Of a stretch of 19,441 nucleotides of DNA, positions 8,101 through 15,668 are shown one piece after another. Every line of letters starts with the position of its first letter. Within the stretch, counting starts at the first letter, position 1. The DNA is from an uncultured Cytophagia bacterium (lineage in GTDB: Bacteria > Zhuqueibacterota > Zhuqueibacteria > Residuimicrobiales > Oceaniaggregativiventaceae): NCBI GenBank assembly GCA_964413725.1, contig CAYPUH010000004.1, forward strand, positions 7,896-27,336, read 5' to 3'. Under the pieces are notes generated by a model that was not told where the DNA came from, ran no database searches, and saw only the letters and a program-made list of their open reading frames with translations. Made by a program: the position numbers and the translations under genes.

Positions 8101-10173
8101 ATGATGACCAAAACTGCACAGTGGTGTCTTGTCGTTCTTTTGATCGGCATCATTGTTTCACCCCTGTGGGCCCAAAGCAAGGCAGATCTGAACGGCGAGT
8201 GGGAAATGATTCCCGCCAAGAGTTCAAAAGTAGCACTCTACCGGACAATGGGTCTGGAATTTCAGGTGGATGATGCCGCAACCACCATCATCCATCAATG
8301 GGGTCGAAGACGGGGATTTCAGGATACCGTTACGGTCAAAACCGATGGATCGGTAAACACCGTCACGATTCCGCACCGGGTATTCCCTTCCAATGTTTTT
8401 ATGGGATTGTCCAAAAAGACCGGTTCTGATCGCAACATGAAAGCGACATGGGATGACAACGGTCAGGTCTTAACCATCCATGAAGAATATACAGTATACG
8501 GCTCACAAGGTGCCACTCCGGCGACAACCGTCCACACCTATCGCTATTCACCCAAATATGAGACCGTCACGTACACCATCGACCGCTCCACCCGCACCAC
8601 CGGTCCGGCTGTAGAGTATGTGCTCAAACGCAAGGGCACCAAGCAGGCATACTATATGACCCTGGAAGATGACTGGGCCATCGATGGCAAACTCGAGGAA
8701 CAGGCATTTGTCATCAGTCTCCAGGGACTGGCCAACGCCGATGCCCCTCAACTCTATTTCATCTATCCTGAGACCTGGGATTTTCGCTTTACGCCCGATG
8801 TATTTAATTTTTTAACAAACGAACGCAATTTTACGTTCAAAGAGCTCCGCTCCATCCAACAAGCCCTGAATATATTCAAGGATCAGGTGGACGGCTATGT
8901 GGTTTGGGATAAAGAGGAGCGTACCTCTTTGATCGTTTCCTTTACCGTTGCCGGACTGGAAAACGCTGTAGTGGTCAGTGAAGACCTGATTCCGCTGGTG
9001 GAAGAGGCCGGTCTTAAGCCTGTGGAAGATTTTAGAGGTCAATTCAGCGGGTGGTCTGATGTGGAAATCTATCAATGGGCCTATGACCGGTACTGGGACC
9101 GAACAAGTAAAGAATATATCGTCTGGATGGGTGGTCACAGTGGTCGTATTATGAAACCCGGTGTTGCGGACTGGGGTATCTATAAAAAAGCCTTTTTCAA
9201 CGATCTCTCCACAAAACCATCCGACGAAGCCGAATATGCGCTTGCAGACAAGATGCTGTCAGAGATGGAACCCTATTCATACGTTTTCGGCTGGCATTCC
9301 TATGCCAAGGACAAGGAGCGCGATCACGTCACACTTACATCCAGCCATGGTCTGCGTGTCGAAGGGCTGCACACCCTTCCCAATATGAGCTTTAGCAGCC
9401 AGATCCCCCCGACACCGGGATTTGAGTTCGAAAACAATCACAATATCGAACCGGGCAAACGCTATACCCCGGGAAACAAGGTGTACGTGGCCTGCATCCA
9501 GACCGACTGTCTGGGACTGGGGGCCTGGACCCGCCCCGGCCGTGGAGAAATCCCCTACGCATGGGAAGTGACCATGAACTGGTCCTGGCTGGCACCGGCG
9601 ATGATGGAATTCTTTTACACACAGGCCACACCCAATGACCTTTTCATCGGATCGCTCTCAGGCCCCGGATATATGTATCCCAAGGCGGTACCACCGGAAA
9701 AGTTACCCCACTTGATCGATATTGCCTATGACTTGATGCAAAAACTTGACTTGAATGTCTTTGAAATCATGGACTATTCTGAAGGAGCCACGGTAGAAGG
9801 CAACACCGAGCTGACCGAGCAGGTTGTGGACGCCTATTATGAAGGAATGCCTGACGTCATCGGATTTGCCAATGGATATGCGCCGGCATTCACTTTTACA
9901 TCCCGTGACGGCGTTCCCCTCATCAGTTTTGATTACTATTTGTCTCCCGAACGATCGGAAAACGATGCCGTTGCCGATCTCATCGAACTGGGGGCTATCA
10001 ATTCAAAGCGTCCCTATTTCTTGCTGATGCATGTGCGCCAATGGAGCGATATCAGCCGCGTCAAAGATATTCTTGACCGACTGCCAGAAGAATATGAACT
10101 GCTCCCCCTGGATGTCTTTATGAAAATGGCGGGGCAGCAACCCACCTTTGAGGAACAGTTTCTGGAAAAATAA
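8101..10173 (+). CDS. Secreted GxGYxYP-family protein, paralog 2, with the same architecture as 829..2898
   Basis: A 690-aa ORF with GAGGAG at 8092-8097. The second ATG at 8104 gives better SD spacing. The signal peptide is MMTKTAQWCLVVLLIGIIVSPLWA-QS. The LSGPGYMYPKAVP motif is present. The protein is collinear with paralog 1, with long identical blocks. A GC-rich terminator follows. Confidence 0.9.
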   Translation: MMTKTAQWCLVVLLIGIIVSPLWAQSKADLNGEWEMIPAKSSKVALYRTMGLEFQVDDAATTIIHQWGRRRGFQDTVTVKTDGSVNTVTIPHRVFPSNVFMGLSKKTGSDRNMKATWDDNGQVLTIHEEYTVYGSQGATPATTVHTYRYSPKYETVTYTIDRSTRTTGPAVEYVLKRKGTKQAYYMTLEDDWAIDGKLEEQAFVISLQGLANADAPQLYFIYPETWDFRFTPDVFNFLTNERNFTFKELRSIQQALNIFKDQVDGYVVWDKEERTSLIVSFTVAGLENAVVVSEDLIPLVEEAGLKPVEDFRGQFSGWSDVEIYQWAYDRYWDRTSKEYIVWMGGHSGRIMKPGVADWGIYKKAFFNDLSTKPSDEAEYALADKMLSEMEPYSYVFGWHSYAKDKERDHVTLTSSHGLRVEGLHTLPNMSFSSQIPPTPGFEFENNHNIEPGKRYTPGNKVYVACIQTDCLGLGAWTRPGRGEIPYAWEVTMNWSWLAPAMMEFFYTQATPNDLFIGSLSGPGYMYPKAVPPEKLPHLIDIAYDLMQKLDLNVFEIMDYSEGATVEGNTELTEQVVDAYYEGMPDVIGFANGYAPAFTFTSRDGVPLISFDYYLSPERSENDAVADLIELGAINSKRPYFLLMHVRQWSDISRVKDILDRLPEEYELLPLDVFMKMAGQQPTFEEQFLEK

Positions 10174-10213
10174 TCACCAGCCCTATACCCATGCATATCC
10201 GGCTTTAAAATGC

Positions 10214-10248
10214 GGCCCGCGGGATCTTGCCCTGCGGGCCGTTTCATT
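10214..10248 (+). terminator. Rho-independent terminator of GxGYxYP-2
   Basis: GGCCCGCGGG (10214-10223) pairs with CCCTGCGGGCC (10230-10240), with one bulged T and the loop atcttg. It is followed by GTTTCATT. The stem is GC-rich and the U-tract is modest. Confidence 0.65.
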
Positions 10249-10339
10249 GCAGCCGTCTCAAAGCGCTTGACTTTTGTCAATAAAATTTCAATTTTGAAGC
10301 TTTAAAAGCAGAGATATTGACCAACAAAAAGGACTCGAC

Positions 10340-11341
10340 GTGAACCTGCGAACAACCGAATCTGATGTGGATATTGTCAAACAGCTCAAACAAGCCCATC
10401 AGGATATACTCGAACAGGTGGGAAAAGTGATTATAGGCCAGCGTTCCATTATCGATGAACTGCTGATCTCTTTATTGTCGCGAGGTCACTGCTTGTTGGT
10501 AGGGGTTCCCGGACTGGCCAAAACACTGCTGATCAGTACAGTGGCCCGGGTCCTGGATCTCAAATTCAGTCGAATTCAGTTTACTCCCGACCTCATGCCT
10601 TCGGATATCTCGGGAACGGAAGTGATCGAAGAGGACAAGACCACCGGCCGAAAGGCTTTCAAATTTGTACAAGGCCCGGTCTTTGCCAATATTGTACTGG
10701 CGGATGAAATCAATCGCACACCGCCAAAAACCCAGTCAGCACTGCTGCAGGCCATGCAGGAACATCAGGTCTCTGCCGCCGGCGATACCTTTACCCTGGA
10801 AGAACCCTTTTTCGTTCTCGCTACCCAAAACCCCATCGAACACGAAGGCACCTATCCCCTGCCAGAGGCTCAACTGGACCGCTTTATGTTTATGCTCTGG
10901 GTCGATTATCCCGATCAGATGGAGGAAGAGGATATCGTCCGGTCCACCACCAGCGCCTATCAGGCTAAAGTCACCACCGTACTGACGGCAGAGGAAATTG
11001 TCGCGCTGCAAGATCTTGTACGTCGTGTGCCCGTGGCAGACAATGTGATCCAATATGCCGTGAAACTGGTTCGTCTCTCACGCCCCACCGATAGCCGGTC
11101 ACCCGACTTTATCCATGACTGGATCACCTGGGGAGCCGGCCCAAGGGCATCCCAATACCTGATCCTGGCGGCGAAAACCCGGGCCATTCTCGATGGTCGG
11201 CCCACACCCGATCAGGCCGATGTGCGTGCAGTGGCCAAACCCGTTCTCAGACACCGACTGGTACCCAATTTTAACGCAGAAGCAGAGGGTGTCACCACCA
11301 GCGATATTATCGATAAACTCATCGAGACGATGGAGGCGTAA
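10340..11341 (+). CDS. MoxR-family AAA+ ATPase
   Basis: A GTG start with AAGGA 6 nt upstream. It has Walker A GVPGLAKT, Walker B VLADEINR, the sensor region ATQNPIEHEGTYPLPEAQLDRF, and the C-terminal GAGPRAS typical of MoxR. Confidence 0.92.
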   Translation: MNLRTTESDVDIVKQLKQAHQDILEQVGKVIIGQRSIIDELLISLLSRGHCLLVGVPGLAKTLLISTVARVLDLKFSRIQFTPDLMPSDISGTEVIEEDKTTGRKAFKFVQGPVFANIVLADEINRTPPKTQSALLQAMQEHQVSAAGDTFTLEEPFFVLATQNPIEHEGTYPLPEAQLDRFMFMLWVDYPDQMEEEDIVRSTTSAYQAKVTTVLTAEEIVALQDLVRRVPVADNVIQYAVKLVRLSRPTDSRSPDFIHDWITWGAGPRASQYLILAAKTRAILDGRPTPDQADVRAVAKPVLRHRLVPNFNAEAEGVTTSDIIDKLIETMEA

Positions 11342-11350
11342 GCGACGATC

Positions 11351-12259
11351 ATGAGTCTATCTTCGCAAAAATCTCCCGACATCCTCACACCCGAGACCGT
11401 CTCGTCGCTATCCAACCTGAATCTGATCGCCAGGCTGGTGGTGGAAGGATTCATGACCGGCCTCCACAAGAGTCCCTATCATGGATTCAGCGTCGAATTT
11501 GCCGAACACCGACAATATATGCCCGGGGATGATATCAAACACGTGGACTGGAAAGTCTATGCCAAAACCGACCGGTACTATGTCAAACAGTTTGAAGAGG
11601 AAACCAATCTCAAAGCCTATTTACTGCTGGATTCCTCCGCATCCATGAGTTATTCATCCGGACGGATCAGCAAACACCGATACGCCACGTTCCTGGCTGC
11701 CGCTCTTGCCTATCTGATGATCAAACAACGAGACTCTGTGGGATTATTGATCTTTGATGAGGATATCCGGTCCTTTCTCCCCCCTCGTTCCATGACCTCC
11801 TATCTCAACCGGATGCTGTCTGAACTGGAAAACACCCGCTGCAGTCACAAAACAAACGTCGCCTCAGCCTTTCATCAGCTGGCCGAGCGTATTCAACGCC
11901 GTGGCCTGATTATCATTCTGTCTGATCTGCTGGACGATCCGGACCAAGTCTTTTCAGGCCTCAAACACTTTCGTCACAACAATCATGAGGTCATCGTCTT
12001 TCACATTCTCGATCCGCTGGAACGGTCATTTGACTTTGGAGCGGCAGCCACCTTTGAAGATCTTGAAACCGGAGAAAAAATGCCCACAGAACCCTGGCAT
12101 ATCCAATCCGATTATCGGGCTCTGATGGAATCCTTTATCCAGGACTATAAACGAAAATGTCGTGAACATCGGATCGATTATGTTCTCCTGGAGACCTCGG
12201 AACCGTTTGATCATGCGCTGTTGAGGTATCTCAGCCGCAGAAAAAAAATCGGAGGATGA
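11351..12259 (+). CDS. DUF58-family protein (vWA-like, MIDAS motif present), the usual MoxR partner
   Basis: It starts 9 nt after moxR. It contains GxHKSPYHGFSVEFAEHRQYMPGDDIKHVDWKVYAKTDRYYVKQFEEE, the characteristic DUF58 block. LLLDSSASMSY is a DxSxS MIDAS motif. Confidence 0.9.
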   Translation: MSLSSQKSPDILTPETVSSLSNLNLIARLVVEGFMTGLHKSPYHGFSVEFAEHRQYMPGDDIKHVDWKVYAKTDRYYVKQFEEETNLKAYLLLDSSASMSYSSGRISKHRYATFLAAALAYLMIKQRDSVGLLIFDEDIRSFLPPRSMTSYLNRMLSELENTRCSHKTNVASAFHQLAERIQRRGLIIILSDLLDDPDQVFSGLKHFRHNNHEVIVFHILDPLERSFDFGAAATFEDLETGEKMPTEPWHIQSDYRALMESFIQDYKRKCREHRIDYVLLETSEPFDHALLRYLSRRKKIGG

Positions 12260-12263
12260 GGTT

Positions 12264-13853
12264 GTGAGCTCGTTCCTCATCTGGACTACCTTCATCTTCA
12301 TTTCGGTCACAGTTTATTCTATCATCCTGTGGCGACGGGGGCGTCACCGCTCCAGGTTTCAGTCCCGCCTGACCATACTCTTTTTACTCTTTGTACTGAT
12401 CCCGACCATCCCTCTTACGCTGTTTCTGAGCTCGGTGCTAACTCAGAGTACACAATGGCTTTTATTGCCCGGCGTGGAGCAGGCTCTGAATGCCTCCATG
12501 ACCAGTTTGCGCGATCAATTGGAGGATCGTGGCGACCGGTTCTTTAACAATCGTCAGCACCTTTCCGACCTCAATCCGGAAACCCTGCGGTCAGAGGGCA
12601 TTCTCTTTGCCGTCCATTACCACAAACAGCCGGATGAGACGGTTATTAAAACCCATACCATCGGAACCGTACCCGAAATTGTGCCGGACACGGATTTTTT
12701 TGGTCACGTCATATCCGGAGACCGTACCGGGAAGCTCTACCCTGCGGCAACGCCTCCACGTTATGAATGTTATCGTGCACTATCATCCCGGGATGTGTGG
12801 GTGGTGGGATGTCAGGTGGACTCGCAGCTGATCGCGACCAAAAACGATATCGAGCTGGCATTGAGGAACACAGCGTCCCTCAATCTTCTACGACAGACCC
12901 TTCTCGAGGAAGGATTGGTATGGACCCTTGCTGTCGTGTTCATTTTGGTGCTGGCGTTGGCAGCCACCACAGCAGCGCGAAAAATTTCAAAGGAAATCAG
13001 TGAGCCCATTCGTCGTCTGACAGCCGGGATGCAGGCCATCGCATCAGGGCAATTGGACCAGCGGTTGGATATTCACGCTCAGGATGAGATCGCGTTCCTG
13101 GTGGCATCTTTCAATCAGATGGCAGCAGACCTGAAAGAAAGTCAGGAACGTCTCGCTCGTGCCGAACGTGCTGCCGCATGGCGGGATGTGGCGCGTCAGG
13201 TGTCACATGAAATCAAAAACTTGCTGACGCCAATGCGATTTTCACTCTATCGTATCCGTCAATCCACGGATAACAAGACGGAACAGGAGGCTGTTCTCGA
13301 TGCCATGGAAGCAGAACTGCACTCCCTGCAAAGCCTTGCCACTGCCTTTTCAGAATGGGCCCGCATGCCACAACCTGAACTCAAGCCGGATTCCATCGAC
13401 GATATCATCGATCAAACCGTGCGAATGTTTGAAAGTGAATCCCCCGGTGTATCGGTGACAAGACATCAGAATCCGGGAATCGTCACACTCTGGCTGGATC
13501 GGGAACAGATTCAGAGAGCGATTTATAATCTACTGAAAAATGCCCGCGAAGCCTCCACTCCGGGGGATACAGTTGAAATCTCGACCCGGATGATCCAAGA
13601 CGCTGCGAAACAAAACTGGTGTCAAATATCCATAAAGGATCAGGGCTGCGGTATGACTCAGGACGTCCTGACCCACGCAACTGACCCCTATTTTACGACC
13701 AAGGAACATGGATCGGGTATCGGGCTTTTTATAACCCGTCGCATTGTACTGGAACACGGCGGCGAATTTAAAATACAAAGCAAACACCACAAGGGGACAT
13801 CGGTTCAGCTGTTGCTTCCGGCAAACAGACGGTCGGCCGGAAATTCCCAATAA
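12264..13853 (+). CDS. Membrane sensor histidine kinase, NtrY-like (TM segments, periplasmic loop, HAMP, HisKA, HATPase_c)
   Basis: A GTG start 4 nt after the DUF58 stop, with GGAGGA 7 nt upstream. There are three hydrophobic segments. The HAMP region is ISEPIRRLTAGMQAIASGQLDQRLD...FNQMAADL. The H-box AAWRDVARQVSHEIKNLLTPM resembles NtrY. The N-box is NLLKNAREA, G1 is IKDQGCGM and G2 is GSGIGL. Confidence 0.9.
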   Translation: MSSFLIWTTFIFISVTVYSIILWRRGRHRSRFQSRLTILFLLFVLIPTIPLTLFLSSVLTQSTQWLLLPGVEQALNASMTSLRDQLEDRGDRFFNNRQHLSDLNPETLRSEGILFAVHYHKQPDETVIKTHTIGTVPEIVPDTDFFGHVISGDRTGKLYPAATPPRYECYRALSSRDVWVVGCQVDSQLIATKNDIELALRNTASLNLLRQTLLEEGLVWTLAVVFILVLALAATTAARKISKEISEPIRRLTAGMQAIASGQLDQRLDIHAQDEIAFLVASFNQMAADLKESQERLARAERAAAWRDVARQVSHEIKNLLTPMRFSLYRIRQSTDNKTEQEAVLDAMEAELHSLQSLATAFSEWARMPQPELKPDSIDDIIDQTVRMFESESPGVSVTRHQNPGIVTLWLDREQIQRAIYNLLKNAREASTPGDTVEISTRMIQDAAKQNWCQISIKDQGCGMTQDVLTHATDPYFTTKEHGSGIGLFITRRIVLEHGGEFKIQSKHHKGTSVQLLLPANRRSAGNSQ

Positions 13854-15019
13854 TCGTCTTCCTTATGTTTAGTGTCCACTTTGTCAGTGGATTCCGCCAA
13901 CTCGGGATGAAGCACGGCACACGGTGTTCCGCCATTGCGTTTATCACAAAAATTCCAGGCCACACAGCGGTGCGTACACAACCGGACACCACTTGCGACT
14001 CGGGGAACGGGATCCTGTACATCGTAAAAAAGCCGGTTATAACTCTCTTCCAGCTCCCGCGCAATGAAGGATCGATGAGCAATTCTAAGCATATCCTCAG
14101 AAGCATGCCCTTTAACCGACATCAGAGACAATACCCGACCCGTTTGGATCGCTCTACGCACACCATTATCGTATCGCACCTTGCCCGCCACATTCATTTC
14201 CACGGAAAGCACATCCCGGACCGCCAGCCGCAACGCCTGAACCTGACTGGCACGGTCATGTTCACGCATCGCATTGATCAACAAACGGGGTCGATATCCA
14301 CGAACCGCTTGCTCCAATTCATAGGGCCAGTGCCCCCGTTCGGACTCTAGGTAATCCCAGAGCTGCTTGATTCGCCACACCCGTCTGCCTTGCATCAAAT
14401 CCCCGACATCCTGAAACTTTTCATTCAGGTCCGGGTCAGAAACAGCAGAAGACCGGTTGAGATACCGCAATAACCCGCTGCGAACAAATTGATAGGCACC
14501 GAAAAGAGATGTGTTCTCACACGTGGTCACCACCAGTTTATCATCGGCAATATTGAACAGATCCAGATGCGTGTATTCCGTTCCAGGCCCCAGATCCAAA
14601 ATAACATATTCCGCATCGAGCTTGGAGAGATGGCGAATCCATTTCTGTTTTTGCCAAAATTGGGGAGAGCGAGAAGATCCATTGTTCACATGGCTGGTGA
14701 TAACGGACAGGCCAGGAATCGATGTTTCTACAGCAAATTCGGATAGAGGTCGGGTGTTTTCAAAATAACGAACAAGACTCTTGTTATCGTGGTACAGTCC
14801 GAACAACATGTGCAGATTGGGTCCATAAAAATCAGCATCCACAAGCACCACACGCTTGTCCAGATAGGCCAGACACATCGCCAACATCGTCGCGTTGACC
14901 GTTTTCCCGACGCCTCCCTTGCCACCCGCTATCGCAATAATCCTTGGCCTCTGCGGCAAGCGGTTCTTATCCAGCCACACGGAGGACTGGCTGCTTTGTC
15001 GATTCTCGATGGAACCCAT
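13805..15019 (-). CDS. ParA/MinD/Mrp-type P-loop ATPase with a ~110-aa C-terminal extension carrying four Cys
   Basis: The track ORF is 13805..15034. I prefer the ATG at 15019-15017, which has AAGGAG just upstream. The deviant Walker A is IAIAGGKGGVGKT. VLVDADFYGPNLHMLFG is Mrp/MinD-like. ILDLGPG looks like Walker B. The tail contains LCTHRCVAWNFCDKRNGGTPC at 13919-13978. Confidence 0.88.
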   Translation of the reverse strand: MGSIENRQSSQSSVWLDKNRLPQRPRIIAIAGGKGGVGKTVNATMLAMCLAYLDKRVVLVDADFYGPNLHMLFGLYHDNKSLVRYFENTRPLSEFAVETSIPGLSVITSHVNNGSSRSPQFWQKQKWIRHLSKLDAEYVILDLGPGTEYTHLDLFNIADDKLVVTTCENTSLFGAYQFVRSGLLRYLNRSSAVSDPDLNEKFQDVGDLMQGRRVWRIKQLWDYLESERGHWPYELEQAVRGYRPRLLINAMREHDRASQVQALRLAVRDVLSVEMNVAGKVRYDNGVRRAIQTGRVLSLMSVKGHASEDMLRIAHRSFIARELEESYNRLFYDVQDPVPRVASGVRLCTHRCVAWNFCDKRNGGTPCAVLHPELAESTDKVDTKHKEDDYWEFPADRLFAGSNS

Positions 15020-15383
15020 AACACTCCTTTTCATTCACATACACCACCCTCAATCGATGACACATCATCGACTGTCACATCAAACCTGTTTGCAGCAAAT
15101 AATATTCCAAAAATAAGGCCATTGTCCTGATGCCATGGGGTCTCATCCGAACATTCGGTTTTACCCGCAGGATCATCAGACTGTTTTCGTCTCAATAGCA
15201 ATAGCCCCAAATAGAGTGTCCTCGGGTCTGCCTGCAATTTCACAATCACAGGATTATCAGAATTCCCATATCATTCTCATACGTTGCACTGGCTATCACC
15301 AAACCGACACAGCCAATGCGACGGACAGGATCACGGATCTTGGCATGCGGAGATGGATTGTTTCTTTTGCACTTGTTGGTCCC

Positions 15384-15419
15384 AAATAGCATATTCAAAC
15401 CCTAACATGCTATTTTTTT
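15384..15419 (+). terminator. Weak terminator-like hairpin plus T-run, oriented on the + strand, between two minus-strand genes
   Basis: AAATAGCAT (15384-15392) pairs with ATGCTATTT (15407-15415) across a 14-nt loop, and the T-run continues to 15419. The stem is AT-rich with only 2 GC pairs and the loop is large, so it is thermodynamically weak. Confidence 0.25.
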
Positions 15420-15617
15420 AAGAATAAAAACGTACCCCTCTCGGATCGCATACCACATTGGATGATTCCAAAACAGAAATAAGAGCGGTACCGACCGGTT
15501 TTACACACCGAGAGCTGAGAAATCATTCCTCCTGCAGAGCTATCGATATGTATTTCCAGCTTTCCCTAAGAAAATGCAACCCTGGACATCCAGGATTAAA
15601 AATAATGGATGATTCCG

Positions 15618-15668
15618 AGGTAAGAGGTGAATAGTGTCCTCCAAAGACACAATCGTGATTCCTTACCT
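15618..15668. other. Nested stem-loop (candidate RNA structure) inside the ORF-poor gap
   Basis: The outer stem is AGGTAAG (15618-15624) with CTTACCT (15662-15668). The next stem is GAAT (15629-15632) with ATTC (15658-15661). The inner stem is GTGTC (15634-15638) with GACAC (15646-15650), closing the loop ctccaaa. No ORF explains this region. Confidence 0.3.

Noticed and set aside
10014-10280. 88-aa minus-strand ORF spanning the end of GxGYxYP-2 and its terminator
   Set aside because: It is antisense to a supported CDS and runs through the GC-rich hairpin. It has a low-complexity Ser/Arg-rich translation.
13865-14350. 161-aa + strand ORF
   Set aside because: It is fully antisense to the ParA-like CDS, whose Walker motifs establish the real frame.
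15031-15249. 72-aa minus-strand ORF whose stop overlaps (ATGA) the first ATG of the ParA-like ORF. I briefly considered a PilZ-like protein.
   Set aside because: It has a GTG start with no SD. The better ParA start is 15 nt downstream at 15019, which removes the apparent coupling. The RRKQS and DDVSSIEGG strings do not fit the PilZ RxxxR and DxSxxG spacing or order. It is kept only as a possible gene remnant within the gap finding.
15135-15389. 84-aa + strand ORF ending at the terminator-like hairpin
   Set aside because: It has no SD, an odd composition and no motifs. Its only positive signal is the weak hairpin, so I do not call it as a CDS.
15480-15545. CTGAGA string, considered as a TPP riboswitch core. 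I also considered RNase P-like GGTAAGAGGTGAA at ~15619 and an SRP-like GAAGCAG at ~15880.
   Set aside because: The other obligatory conserved elements are absent: ACCTGATC...GGATAATGCC for TPP, GAAAGTCC for RNase P P4, and GGAAGGAAGCAGC for SRP.
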